64,000 nt of DNA from Malacoraja senta (taxonomy: Eukaryota), in contig CM075978.1 in assembly GCA_038087875.1 (NCBI GenBank), positions 41,726,001 to 41,790,000 of the forward strand, written 5' to 3'. Of this stretch, positions 51,001 through 64,000 are shown one piece after another; position 1 is the first letter of the stretch; every line of letters begins with the position of its first letter. Below the pieces are notes generated by a model. The model saw nothing but the letters and a program-made list of their open reading frames with translations, had not been told where the DNA came from and searched no databases. The position numbers were made by a program, and so were the translations under genes.

Positions 51001-54000
51001 TTCACTGTCCCGCTTCTCTTTTCATATCAAGCACGATCTAGGTGACAACAACAAAAAGTTGTCGGCTTGTTAAAATATTTCAAAACTTCCCAAAGTGAGC
51101 TAATGACTACAACGCCGCGGCACCTTTCTTAAACTTAGCCCCTCTTGTAATTCGCACTAATGAGATCCAGCGGTTAAAGAATTTCCACACTTGCCACACT
51201 TACAAATATAACATAGGCAACCCGTTAAGTCGTCCCATTTACGAATGACCTGGACGCGAGCGGACGTGTTGGGATGGAGTTGCTTCAGCAGAACGGCGTC
51301 GGTTTTATTTGAGTAAGTGGTTAGTTGCGAAGTTCAACAGGCTTTAACATTATGTTGCATCCAGACACTCTGTGTGCAAGGTTGTTTTCCTCCGGTTTAC
51401 TTTTCCGAGCTTTGTTGTGGTTTTGCAGTGTTGCTTAAGACATTTATCACGGTAATCCCCCATAATGGTGCGCCTAATTGTGTGGTGTTATTTAAAAAAT
51501 TAAGTGCGCTCCCCGCACCCCCTTGAGCACAAATGAACTTTTCCAACAAAAAAAAAAGCTTTTGCAGGGAAAGTAATTTTGTGCCGCTCGTCCAATCCTT
51601 TTGCTGGATCCAATTCATGCACCCAGCCGTACATCATGGCAGTCAATTATCATAGCTTCATCTGATCATCAATCACAGGAGATGCTCGAAGTTAAGGGGC
51701 GGAGCATTAGTCGACCCATCGATTGCAGGAGTTTTGTCTTTTCCCCCCCTCGTTCACGGTCCCCTGCACACAAAGGCCAAAGCGGACTATTCCGTTTAAT
51801 ATTTGCCTTCATCAATAGACACGCTGCCTTTTGTGCATGTGACATCACATATCGACGGTTCCACAAAAATGGCAAAATACATTGTCTACGGGATATTTGA
51901 TTTCCAAAATTAAACACGAATCACGACTTTGTCAAGGCAGACAGAATATGTGCACTTTATTTTTTTTTTACGGACACTGGGCATAAAACAATGCAACTTT
52001 AGAGGTCAATAAAGCAAAAAAAAAAGATGAATGATTAGGAGGATGATGATGATAGTGATAACCACAGCAATTAAGCAGTTTGATTAAACGAGGCATCATA
52101 ACAACAATGATGTTTGTGAAAACACCCCTCATATAAAAAGTAAGATAGTGCAGCGGTTGAGATACGCCAGTGGGCATTCCAACACGCTTCTGCCTGAGTT
52201 TACCAGGGAGTATTGACAATGCAGGACACCGTCGAAAATCCGCTCCCAAAATACTTTTACGCATTGTTCCCCCTCTCTTCTTCCCCGAAAAGGAAAAAAA
52301 AGACGTCCAGCTACTGAAGACCAAGCTGCCTTCCGAGACGTTCTTCAAATAATACTTTTCTGGTATACTGTGCTAGCGACTTGTCCTCCTGTACAGCGTG
52401 GTAAGTGCAAGCGAGTCTTTAGCAAGTGTTTCATTAATAAGCATTTATTCTTAGATACAAATGACAACGTTGTCATGGTTTTGCCTAAACGTGCGGCCAC
52501 ACATTTATGATTGCTCTGTTGTAATTTGCGTATAATGCAGCAAGGCAACGCGACGGAAGATGGGTGCATGTAGCGCGGTGGGCTAATGGGTGAGACGCTC
52601 GGGTTTTAATTCAAGGAGCCACACATTTTCACCTATTTGATAAAAGGTTGCAAGCGTTTCTGAACGGAACCCGAAACAGGGTACAAGTCGTTTGTAAAGT
52701 GCGAAACCTTTATGAAGCAATAAAGCGACGAGCTGGTAGCAGCGATGAGTAGGGGTGTTCTCAAGTGATAAATAAAAGTAAATGTTGTGTGACAGTCATC
52801 GGTGACTATTGAAAATGCATTTGTTCCGACTCATTTTTTGTAAATGGGTTTGACTGCGGCATCGTACCGTAACCATTTATATCTGTTGGAATATGTTGCA
52901 ACTCGTCGAGTTGCAGATTAAATATTCCAACTGTACTCGGGCACAGATCTGTAAACTATATTCAGAAATAGGTAATTCCTTTCAAGCATCGGGGGATTCT
53001 TGTTTTTTAAAACATTTTGCAGGTCATCAGCAATGCGTGTGATATTTGCCAAATAACAATGTTTTAATTTTTAAGTTTCACAATCAGATTTGTGTGATCA
53101 AAAAAAAAAGTTTTGTTATAATTTCTCTAATTTCTAGCCAATATTATCAGAAAACGATTGGGTCTCAGGCACCATTTATAAAGGTCGGCAATAAGCAAGG
53201 CGCGGGTTCCTCCATATAAAAATGGGTTTCACCCGTCGTTTTATCGATGGACATCTATTTATATAATGATTACATTTCTTTGTGTGTGCAGAACGGAAGC
53301 ACTAACGTAAACCGCGGCCTCACGTTTAATAAAGATTCACAACAGACAACTAGAAAGTAATAGTATTCAAATACAGACTATCAAATCGCGAAGAACATTT
53401 GTGTAAATTGCTTCGATGGTTTTCAATAAGAACCAACCCCATTACCAGACAATTTTTTGTGACGATTTATTCCTGAATACATTAAATCTTGTTTGAGTTT
53501 TTTTGTTTCCCATAAAACTTTGGATTGGTTTCTGTTCTGGAAAACATTTTGGATGTTCAGTTCAATATATTCACTGTTTTGCAGTTTTACATTTATACTA
53601 ATCTATACGTCTCAACGGGAATTTAATACTGAAATAAAGGATTTCCTATGTGATTTTATTAAGAGATGGGACTTGAATAGCTGCCGTTCAGATAATGTAA
53701 ATCTGTGCTATGTTATGGACTACATCTCCATCAACGTGCAGATAGTAGGGGACAGAAGAAGATTGCTTTAACAGCCGGTAAAATTTCATCTTCTGGTGTC
53801 ACATTGGGGTCATCTTGGGGTTAGAGCTATCACTGTTCAGTCTGACTAGTCCAGCTGTGTTGAGATTCATTAAGAGTACAGTATCTGTTTCAAGAAAAAC
53901 AGCACTAAGACAATCAGAGGGAAGGATCCCGCTGTTGTTGAAACTACAAGTGCGCCGAACGAAATGGTAAATTATCAAAACTTCCTTAAATCCACCAGAA

Positions 54001-57000
54001 ACGCGCCTTGCCCACACCTCGCCCCAACCCCAACAGCCACATCCCTCCATTGTTTTTCAGCCCCATTTTAATTTAAAACATTGATACCATTCAGATTTAC
54101 TAATGCTACATTGAGTTGCTGAGCAGAACACGTCCACAGTAGGCTATTGAGTAATCTGCTTGTGTCGCAGAAATAAAACGCATTTTCAATTTTAAATGAA
54201 AATCATCATGAAAAGGTGAAGAAAAACGTATTCTTCTAAACTAAATTTTACATCCGTGTAAAGATATTTGCGTAATTATTTATTCCTGAATACACAAATG
54301 CATGGATATATTACTTATAACCCGACTAAACTAAAATAGCTCTTTATATATCTTGTCAATAACGCCAATAACGATAAAATGTGTTTTAACTTAAGGTATC
54401 ACGAACCGTCAATGGAGTGTCGAGTGACAGAAGCTCATAACAAGGAAGGAAAACGTAAAGGAAGACGATGACATTACGGATCTGCAATTATTTTGGTGAT
54501 CTCGTTTACAAAAGGGATAGGTTTGAGTTTTCCCGACATTACCCACGGTTAACGCTTTCTTAATTTTAATTTAGATTGTCTTTTATTCTACGATTATGTG
54601 AGTGTGTCTTTATTACCGGTTCGGGCGTACATTGTTTTTCCCCTGGACTATGTAAATGTCTTCGTTTCTTCTCAGCAAAACTTTGGAGACTTCGCTTGCT
54701 CGGGTAAAGAGGTAAGACACGGCAGTGAACCCAAACATTTGCATTTTGTGGCTATTTCAATCAGTCACTTTATTCCAGAACTATGTTACCTAAATCGCTA
54801 AAATATTAGAGTTATAGCTTGCTTAGTTTTTTAAAGAATCATAAACCCCATTTTATTCCACCAAAAATAGGGATAGGAAAAAAGATCGAGGGCGATTACG
54901 TTGAACTTCTGTTGACCCCAATGCAAATACGGCTTTAACAAGCCCTTCGCACTGGGTCTGATGTGAAGTCGTTACCTGCAAACGGCCGCGTATTAAATTT
55001 AACGCATTCCCTTATACTGCCCCAATCTCCGCAAAATCAACTAAACCGAGAGATATGAACTTTTGGAAAGTGTTCTGCCTTGGTGGGCGATTAGTTCATC
55101 CGAAGGCACTTCTTTTCGACAGCCCTTTAGCGCTATCTGGCGGGGCTGGGTGTAGTAATCCAGTTACTAATATATACTCAACTGTATTTCCCGAAATATA
55201 TCAGAAAGCCTTGTAGCCGGACAAAGTTTATTTACCAGCAGGACTGGGTCAGCGATCGTTTTTTTAAATGAGCAGATTATATTGTACGCATTGAATCTAA
55301 TTCAAACACAGTTCAATTTGATAACGTTGCCTCCAACACGCCAATGATCTCATTTCGTTTTCATTATCGAGAGGGTAAACTTTTCGATGACCGTATTACC
55401 ATGCTGCCTGGAATGTTGAAATGCGTGCACTTTGCGATTGCTGCCTATTCGCTGTTCTACGTACTTTTATCTTCGCCTCACCTCCCAAAGTAATTGATTT
55501 CAAAATTAATACATTTTTTTGTTTTGGGAGCTAAGGGCGGTAATTCTAAATTGTCAGAACTGATTGCCGATATTATCTTTCCTCCTTAAGTGCATTTTAA
55601 AAGATATCACACATAAAGACTAATTATTTTGATCGCACAATGCCTGACTGCTTGCGAGGGAGATCAACCATGCATGGCTGGAAATTTGCAGGTCACTTTT
55701 GCGAGAACTTTTTAATCGCTATCGCTGTTGTGGAAATGATAACACCACAATACTTCGCCCACACAATGCTCCTTCCGCACGCGAATCGCGCATGAAAGCA
55801 TTTTAAAGAATCGTTACCTGTTTCGTGAAGAGTGTTAATTTCTTTGTCGGGGCGTGTGGGGGGGGGGGGGGGGGGGGTTGTTAGACGAAACGTATTAAGG
55901 ATATTTAGCTGGATTCTTTTTTCTTGACTTGGCTGAATGTTTACAATCATTCATTCGGTAATATATAAACCCCTTCCCGTTTACGTGTTGTTTATTTATC
56001 ACTCGCAAGGCAAGCGGTATTTCTTTTTAGCAATGTTTTACATTAACCGAATGATGGTAAAAACAAAACAGGCCGATTTAGGTAGTTATTTTGGATGTTA
56101 ATAGACTATGCTTCTCTGCTTCTTAAACACAAGCTTGTCGTGTTTATAAGTAGTGGGATCATTTAATGAGTGTCATTAAAGCGTGTTTCCATTGCAATTA
56201 TCCCTGGATTAGAACCACCAAACCAGGTTAATTTGAAAAAAAGCAATTAGTGCCGACTGTAACAAAGCAACGAGCAAATCTTTATGGACTTTTTGTAATA
56301 GTCTTGCGATAAATTCCGCCCTTTCCCTATCTTGTGCATATAGCCCTTTTAATCTTGTACAAAAAGAAACGCTAATTTAGTTTCATACAATGCTTAACAT
56401 TAACATATTACAGCAGCTGGTTTGTGATTTTCCCTTCTTTCTGTGGCGCGAACGCGTATGTTTTATGTTCTTATCTTCAATAAAGCTATTTTAACCGATT
56501 TTGTCCTCGATGGTTTGACCTAATTAAATGTAACTTCTTGTCTATACGCTCTTTTGGGTTGCACTGGAAATTGGTTGCAAATGGCAGTTATTGAAATCAC
56601 GAATCATTCTGCTTCATCTTTGCAGACACCCAGGAGGTAAGGGTTTATATAATAGGCAGTTTTATTATTTTAATATTATGATCCGTGCAAAACTCATAGA
56701 GCGTGCGTATTATTTATCGGTACATGGAACACTGTCGGGGCTATTCTGGGGAATCCAATTCGCTATTTTTTCTAATCCTATCTGTACATTTTTTTCATTA
56801 TCTTTGCATTTTTATACGGCAATATGTTTCGGCACATTTGGAACATCTAGCGATTATATTCTTTAAACGTAAAAGGATGACTTCAATTTGAAGTGTTTGA
56901 TCTTTTGAAGCAGTGATGAATATTAATTTTGCATTAAATATTATAATTATTCACTTGTTAACTTCAATTTAGCTGTTAATGTGACTTTGAGCAATGAAAT

Positions 57001-59366
57001 ATCACTTGATTATGTTATTGTATACAAAACATGCAAAACTATACAGATTTTTAAACACCATATTGTGATTTTGATCCGCTGAGAGAAAGGATGACAAATA
57101 TTTTGTGCAATTTTGTGATTTTGTTTATTCCATTTTGCCCATACAATTATAAATTATAAAATAATTCAATTAGGTCCGTCATAAAATTTTACAAAAAAAT
57201 ACTTTCTTTCACTTTAATGTACGTATTTTTTAAAGTTTTTCTTGTGTGAACAGGCATATAGTAGCTCTTTAAAAATGATGTGTACAGTTTCCTATGTGAT
57301 CCAAAAGAGGACAATAACTACGGCTCCCTCGTGTAAGGGAAGAACTTAAGAACAGACGGAAATCTATAATCCATGTCCTACTTCGAAAGTCTTCGTTTTA
57401 AAGCGAGAATGCAACCCACCACTTCCCGACTGAGAAAAAGCACACAAAAAGTTTTTTTAATGCAAAGAAACGCCAGGTTGTTGAGTAAGCAATAAGGCGG
57501 TGGATGATCTGTTGTTTCGTGAAGGTCAGGTCACGGGCGAGCTTTTCTCCCGCAGATCATTAGGTGTAATTGGGTAAGTTTAAGTGGACTTGGGATGCCT
57601 GTACTTAAGTTAATAGCAATGACCTTCTTGTGGCTGCCCTGTCCAACATTATTCATCGTTGCCAGGCCGATTTGAAAGCGATTCCCATTCTGGCTTTCCA
57701 GGGGTATTTCAGAATACGACCCCAGTAATGACATTGCGGGAAATCCCATCACATTTTTTGTTTGGTCATTAATATGAGGCAAGAAAAGCAGATAACATTT
57801 AATCTGAGTACCATTGTGAATCAATCAGAACAAACGTGCACTTCAGCGGTAAATATTGTATTGATTCATCGAATTACAATGTATGTGTACAAAGCGCATT
57901 GGACTTCATTACAATATACAGTGTAAGTTAAACTATTTTAAATAAAAAAAACATTCCCGAATGATGCACTTGCTATTCGAATTCCGTCTGTTACTTTGAA
58001 AAATATAAACTGAGTGTCATTTTTCCAAATGCAGATTGACATGGAATATCGATTTAATTACTAAATGAATAAAAATAACTTAGCCAATCAATTGGTCTCT
58101 CCGCTGGCTATCACGAAACTTATGTTGCCATCTCATTTTTATTGAGTTAAGTAAACGGAAGGAGGGAGGGAGAGAATACGCACGAATTGCGTAGAAATGC
58201 AGTAGATCAAATTTGATTACATTTGGTCAAAAAACAACCTTTTTAACTTAGATTCGTTAGAAGCGTGTAATATCTGCTCTTCGTCGACCGTCATGTTCCT
58301 ATTATAGTTGTTAAATATATTTAAATATATATATCGTCTTACTGATTATAAATCAGAGCAACGGTATCCACAGATTTCGAAAACTGTACTTTGGTGTGAT
58401 TGGGAAGGGATACATGGGTTAAATCGCGTTCCAGCGAGTTCAATCGGCTCCATTAGCTTTTAAAGATTCGATGAAACCATTGTGGTCCAGTGCATATAAT
58501 TGACGAAACATGAAACGTTATTAAACACAAGGCTGTGTCATTACATTCTACAGTTAGGGACTCGAACGCAATGCACAATAGTGTAAATTGAAATGAAAAT
58601 ATAAATGAAAGTTATTACTTAAACTGTTCACATAATTTTGCCATGGCATCTAAGGGCAAAAATAACAATGCGCATCGAAAAGAAACCAAGACCATTTTAA
58701 TTTAAAGATAGACGCAACCAAAGATACTAGGGACACATCATGGTGGAGTAACTAAGCGGGTCAGGCAGCATCTCTGGAGAAAAATTGATAGGTGACGTTT
58801 CGGGTCGGGACACTTCTTCAGACCCGACCCGAAACGTCAGCTATGGTTTGAAGCAAGGTCCCGAGCCGAAACGTCACCTACCCAATTTCTCCAGACGTGC
58901 TGCCTGACCCGCTGCCTTAGTCCTGCATTTTGTGTCTATCTTTGCTATAAACCACCATCTGCAGTTCATTTTTATTACATTATACCATTTTTTAAATGTT
59001 ATTAGTTATTTAAAATAAAGCAATTTATAACCAATTATATATTTCGATTTGTGCCCTACCAGTCGTTATATAAATGTGAGATTAAACCTATTCTGGGTCT
59101 GTGTAGCGAAGGTGCTTCCTCTTTGGCGAGCTGTGTGGCAAAATATGGCCTCTTGCGACAAGGTGCTGCGAATAAAAATGGTCTGTCCTTTCTACACAAA
59201 TGCGCGTCTGCCTTTCCTCCGCCTTTTTGCGTATCGAGAGGGGATCTCACCAGGTTTCTTATCTAAGCTTTGGTTGTTTACAAGTGCATCCCTGTTCTGA
59301 ATGTAGAACTAAAGAACTGCAGGTGCTGAGTTATACACAAAAGGACACAACGTGCTGAAGTAACCT

Positions 59367-59394
59367 CTGAAGAAGGGTCTCGATCCGAAACGTC
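59367..59394 (+). ncRNA. Minimal hammerhead-ribozyme-like core
   Basis: CTGAAGA-A-GGGTC(TC)GATCC-GAAA-CGTC, with one G-U pair in stem II. Confidence 0.55.
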
Positions 59395-59975
59395 ACTTAT
59401 CCATGTTCTGCCTGACACGCTAAGTTATTCGAGCACATTGCGTCCTTTCCTGTTCACCCCTTGAACCAACCCTTAGTATTCAAAATATTGCTCGTAGATT
59501 AAGATCACTATCACACACAGAGAAAACATTCTTTCGTTGGATAAAGTAGGGTCAAATAAATAGAGAATATGTGTGAGTAAAGACTTGGATGCAGCCTGAG
59601 TAGGTGTTCATCTTGCGGCACACATGGGAAATGCAAAAAAAAAAAGACACAAAGTGGTGGAGTAACTCAGTGGGTCAGGCAGCATCTCTGGAGAACATGG
59701 AGAGGTGACGTTTCGGGTCGGGATTATTCTTCGGACCTTTTCGGGTCCCGACCCGAAATGTCACCTACCCACGTTCTCCAGTGATGCTGCCTGACCCACT
59801 GAGTTACTCCACCACTTTGTCTTTATTTTTGTAAAAAAGCAGATGGCTAGATATTGGGATTGAGTATAGCCTGTCTGGAATATAAAACGCGCCTACCAAT
59901 GCAAGGTCTCCAAGATGCTGCTTGTGCAAAAACAGAGGCACAGTGCTCGAGTAACTATGGGGCAAAGGGATAGTT

Positions 59976-60003
59976 GACGTTTCGGGTCGAGACCCTTCTT
60001 CAG
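59976..60003 (-). ncRNA. Minimal hammerhead-ribozyme-like core
   Basis: Minus strand reads CTGAAGA-A-GGGTC(TC)GACCC-GAAA-CGTC. Confidence 0.6.
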
Positions 60004-60419
60004 ATTCAAAACGGACTCAAGAGTTTAAAGAAGGGTCTCGACCCGGAACGTCACCTATTCACGTTGTTCAGAGAGAGATGCTGCCCGTCCCGCTGAGTTA
60101 CTCCAGCATTTTGTGTCTATCTTAGGTGTAAACCAGCATCTACAGTTCCCTTCTACATATCACTGGAGAACATGATTTTGTGTATCTCGGCAGCCACTTT
60201 AATAGAGGTTCCCGTGACTTTGCGCCGGGTGGGAGGATAAAGAGATAGGTATTACTATCTGATCCTACTTTACTACTTTGATATTTCCTTTCAATATCCA
60301 CAACATAAATATACTCAGGGCGTTGCTTCTGTTTTCCATCCTCTCATCCCAAAGCAGATGGCACTTGGCGTATCACTCGTGTGAAAAACAAATAGGGTTT
60401 GGGAGAGAAATGCAAGGGC

Positions 60420-60745
60420 CAAGAAGGACGACGGTCGCACCGCCCTCGGCATCTAAACGCCAAGTGGCTGACACATCTGTGGCGCCGGTGAGGCGCGCTC
60501 CCCGTCACTCCTCCGCGCGCTCCCGGTCACTCCTCCGCGCGGCCCGAACTGACCCGCCCGCCCAATGGCGGGGAGCAGCGGGCGTCGCGAGCTGCAAGTC
60601 CCCAGTCCTGAGGCCACGTGCAACGAGTTGGTCCCCGGGCTCGTTGCAAAACCATGGGCGCGGCCAAAGTGGAGCGACTGGTGCTTCTTGGATGTCTTGA
60701 TGGATAAAGTGGGTGTTTGTGCCGTATTCGGGAGCGTTGCCGCAC
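60420..60745. promoter_or_regulatory. Small GC/CpG-rich promoter-like island
   Basis: High CpG, tandem GC-box-like CCGCCC (~60554-60563), CCAAT (60562-60566), E-box CACGTG (~60615) and a 22-bp tandem duplication (60493-60536). Confidence 0.45.
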
Positions 60746-60865
60746 AGTGCATTGCATTAACGTTTTGGAAGTGCAAAGCTTGGAATTGGTGTTTGGTGAG
60801 CTACCATTGGACACTTAGGTTTCGCCTGGTGTTCCCGCGACGGTTGGATGTTGGGAAGGGTGTTA

Positions 60866-61622
60866 AGGGCCTGTGCCACTTAGACGATTTTTCAGCGGAC
60901 TGCCCTCGAGTGTCGAGTTCGCGGCAGTCGCCTGAAAAACCGGGAACTGGAACGGCGACTGTCAGAGTGGAACACACACACACAAACACATCGCATAGGC
61001 GGGGGCCAGGGCAAGGTGGGGGGGAGGGGGGGGAGCGCTGTCTAAAATTCACACGGTGTAAAGCCAAGGTGATACAGACACACACCGCGATGAACAGGGA
61101 CGTTAAGACGGCTAGCACAGTATACGTTTAAAAGAGGGGGGTGGGGGTGAAGGAATGGATACACTTTTAATAAGCCAGAGATACACAGCTGTGAAGTTCG
61201 GCGGGCATTTAACATTACCGGTTGGTTCTCCTTGGTTCTGAAAATTCGTGCTTATGCCCCCCCCCCCCTCCATTGAGCCAATGAAAATGCCCGGTCAGCA
61301 AAGGTGATTAAATAAAACTACCAACGACTACCTCGACTACCCATAACTACATGGTGACCCCACTGCAACTGCACCTGCACCTACGACTACAAAAGTATCG
61401 CTTTTCTCCATGGCGACCAATTTTTGGTGGCAGAAAATGTTTCAACATGTTGAAAAATTTGTGGCGACCATACTGAGGCCGCGATTAGTTCCCAGAATGC
61501 GGGAACTCCTCGCGACCATGAAGGAGACTCACCAGAGACCACCAGCGAACATGTGGCGATCATGTGGCGAGTGCAGAGTCTCCTGCACTCGCCTAAAAAG
61601 TCGCCTAAGTGGGACAGGCCCT
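60866..61622. mobile_element. Non-autonomous PIF/Harbinger-type MITE
   Basis: TTA target duplication (60863-65, 61623-25); ~27-bp TIRs agggcctgt(g/c)ccacttag(a/g)cga(t/c)tttt; no transposase. Confidence 0.85.
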
Positions 61623-62599
61623 TTAGACACGGTGTGATTGTGTGTTTTCCGTTCCTTCCCATCACTTTGGTTACCACATGGTTTTCATCGCTGCATTTTC
61701 GTTGGCAACCAGGTTTTACCATTCTGCCAGTGCTTGACCTTTGTTGCAAAGACTGCCCCAGAGAGACATGGATGCATCCATGCCCAAAAGTTGCTCATGA
61801 CTTTTACAAAAAAAAACATTTTGTTTTCAGCGACTTGGCACAGGAGAAACTGTTCTTACTAACGTTACCACTGAAATTCAGGTCGGTGTTAATTCATCCT
61901 CCATTAGGATCCAACGATTTGACGTTGGATAGGAACTGCATCTCATCTGGTGTCAAACCTCTGCGGAATGTTTCTCGCCTTTGTTAAGTTCGCATCAGAC
62001 CAATTCCAGATCCATAGTTAAAATTTAGTGCAATAGTGCATTGGCAGGACAGCTTCAGTGCTGCAACTAAGTAGTTAGATGTGTACACACTGATTGATGT
62101 CAGTAATGGAGCAGATGGCACTGCACTTGACGTGTAATCCAAAAGGGGTTTCATGTGCACAATCTAGAGCCTTGTCATCAATACAGGCAAGACTCTAGTC
62201 TTGCAGAAGGTAGAGCTGCAACTTATCCAGCAACCCCAAATAAATTTACCAAAGTATGTTACATTTTAAGAAATAGGAAAAATAAACTAATTGCTCAGAG
62301 TATACCTAACTGCTTTTTCCAGGAAAAAACACTGACACCATTCCACACATGGCATTAGGCATTTTCTACATCTATCGAAACCTCAGAAGTAAGGGTGGAT
62401 TTGGGTGGACCCAGTACTATAATTCAGCTAAATAAACATGAAGTAAAATTAAATGCGGGTGGGGAGTGGTTCTTAGGGTAAATGTATCTACAGGATGTGT
62501 CATTATGCTTCTGTAGTTTGTGGTAAAGCTGCTGCATTAATTAAAAAATAAGCACACAAGGTTGGAATGTGTTTATGACTAGTTTAGAAGGTAGGGACA

Positions 62600-62735
62600 A
62601 CAAACTGCATATGCTGGTTTACATAAAAGGATACAAAGTGCTGGAGTAACTCAGCAGGTCAGGCAGCATCTCTGGAGAACATGTTCTCCAGAGATGCTGC
62701 CTGACCCGTTGAGTTACTCTCGCAATTTGTGTCCA
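62600..62735. repeat. Palindromic pair with the hammerhead cores deleted; 50-bp perfect palindrome at 62657-62706
   Basis: ggtcaggcagcatctctggagaaca|tgttctccagagatgctgcctgacc. Confidence 0.85.
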
Positions 62736-63715
62736 TCTTTGACTGGTTTGTCGGATGATGAAGGTATTGGTGATTGTTGGGCTACAACATAGTGGGGGTA
62801 ATGTATCATCATTGAATGCCAGTAGCTTATTCTATATTTTAAAGATTTTATGTTGTGAAGATTCCATATTGCATCCTTTATTGATAATTAAAGATTTTTC
62901 AGTCAGGTGTGACAATAGCATCTCTTCCCACTTAGTAAATCATGACCGTGGTTTTCTCATCTTTTTAAAAATAATTCCTACAAGCGATGTCCTTTGGGCC
63001 CCCATTCTTAGTCATGTGTGTGACCAAAAAGATTGAAAATTGTGGAATACATCTCTTCTAATTCTGAAAGCATTACAGGTATATTGTTTTGTACTGCATA
63101 TATGATTCATACTTTTTCAGTTTATCAAGTGAAAATTTTATGTTATGCTGACATCTTCGTGATGACATCTGGTTACGTATGTGACATTTTAGTTCACTTT
63201 CCAAAGAATGGGCCTTTGGCAAGATGACGCTGTTCCAAACAATGTTTTCTGAAAATTTCCGACCAAGGTTCTGTATTGTCCACCACCTGTCGGCAACTAC
63301 ATTTCAAAGCTAATGTTTGATAAGAATATGAAAATATAAAAAATAAATAATTAATTCACAGGATATCAATAAACCTTAAGTAAGCCTCAACTACCCCCTC
63401 AGTTGGTCCTTTCCAAGGAGAATCATGTGACCTGCACAGATTATTTTGTTTAAAACAAGCTTTTTTTAACGTACAGTAAACTCAGACTTGCTTTAATTGC
63501 AAAGTATTGAATTGAATTGGAATAAATGTTATTACCAAGTCAATGCCAAACTGTAATCCCCCTAATCCTGTTATTGTACAAATGTCATTTAATGTTATAA
63601 ATTTGTTGTGGTAAAAATGGGAGGGATAATGCATCAATGGATATTGAAATGGAAGAAGTAAAACTATTGAAAATCCCATTTGTATTCATTCTTGGCCGAT
63701 TAGTGTAACATTAGA

Positions 63716-63930
63716 TAGATACAGCATGGAAACAGGCCCCTCGGCCCAACTTGTCCATACAGGCCAACATGTACCAGCAACACTAGTTCCATTTGCCCAC
63801 ATTTGGCTCATGTCCCCCCCAAAACTGTCCTATCCATGTACCTGTCTAAACTGTTTCTTAAACGTAGGGATAGACCCTGCCTCAACTACCTCCTCTGGCA
63901 GCTTGTTCCATACACCCACCACCCTTTGTG
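63716..63930 (-). mobile_element. CR1/HER1-like LINE 3' fragment
   Basis: Same tail family. Related fragments lie at ~9412-9670, ~31995-32095 and ~32790-32920. Confidence 0.75.
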
Positions 63931-64000
63931 GATGATATTGGAATTAGATTAGATATGGAAAGACTAACATCAAGAAATACTACCATTGCATTATCCAAAT

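Larger units (their letters stand above)
58705..60155. repeat. Dense cluster of four palindromic Penelope-derived repeat pairs
   Basis: Pairs at ~58730-58965, ~59315-59450, ~59645-59825 and ~59935-60155. Confidence 0.82.

Noticed and set aside
57523-57533. AGGTCAGGTCA as a RARE
   Set aside because: Half-sites overlap, so it is not a DR1/DR2/DR5 geometry.
60278-61987. Overlapping 100-190 aa ORFs as a novel gene
   Set aside because: They span a GC-rich island and a MITE, have no recognisable domain, and long ORFs are expected in GC-rich DNA.

Overview
Vertebrate genomic DNA, most likely from a cartilaginous fish (elasmobranch, probably a skate/ray, inferred from HE1/V-SINE-like SINEs, CR1/HER1-like LINE tails and Penelope-derived repeats). 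The window holds the 5' half of a Meis2 TALE-homeobox gene on the minus strand. Coding exons 1-7 run from 50129 down to 35458 and encode the N-terminus and the MEINOX/Hth domain. No exon 8 or homeodomain was found, so positions 1-35457 appear to be intron 7. Exon 2 as assembled has a 1-bp insertion that creates a premature TAA. A ~17 kb stretch around the promoter (~41.6-58.7 kb) has no transposons I could recognise and is CpG-rich from ~45.4 kb. It carries a PBX-MEIS decamer, a single uORF and a candidate 3-codon alternative first exon. A perfect DR2 retinoic-acid-type element lies in intron 7. The flanks are full of mobile DNA: a decayed Penelope-like element (RT + GIY-YIG), a young Rex1/Babar-like LINE fragment, a full-length decayed Tc1 (DD34E), two PIF/Harbinger-type MITEs, many SINEs, and roughly 20 short Penelope-derived repeats. 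These repeats carry a minimal hammerhead-ribozyme-like core (CTGAAGA-stem-GAAACGTC) and are often arranged as head-to-head palindromes. There is one 350-N assembly gap. Most other ORFs in the track are spurious.
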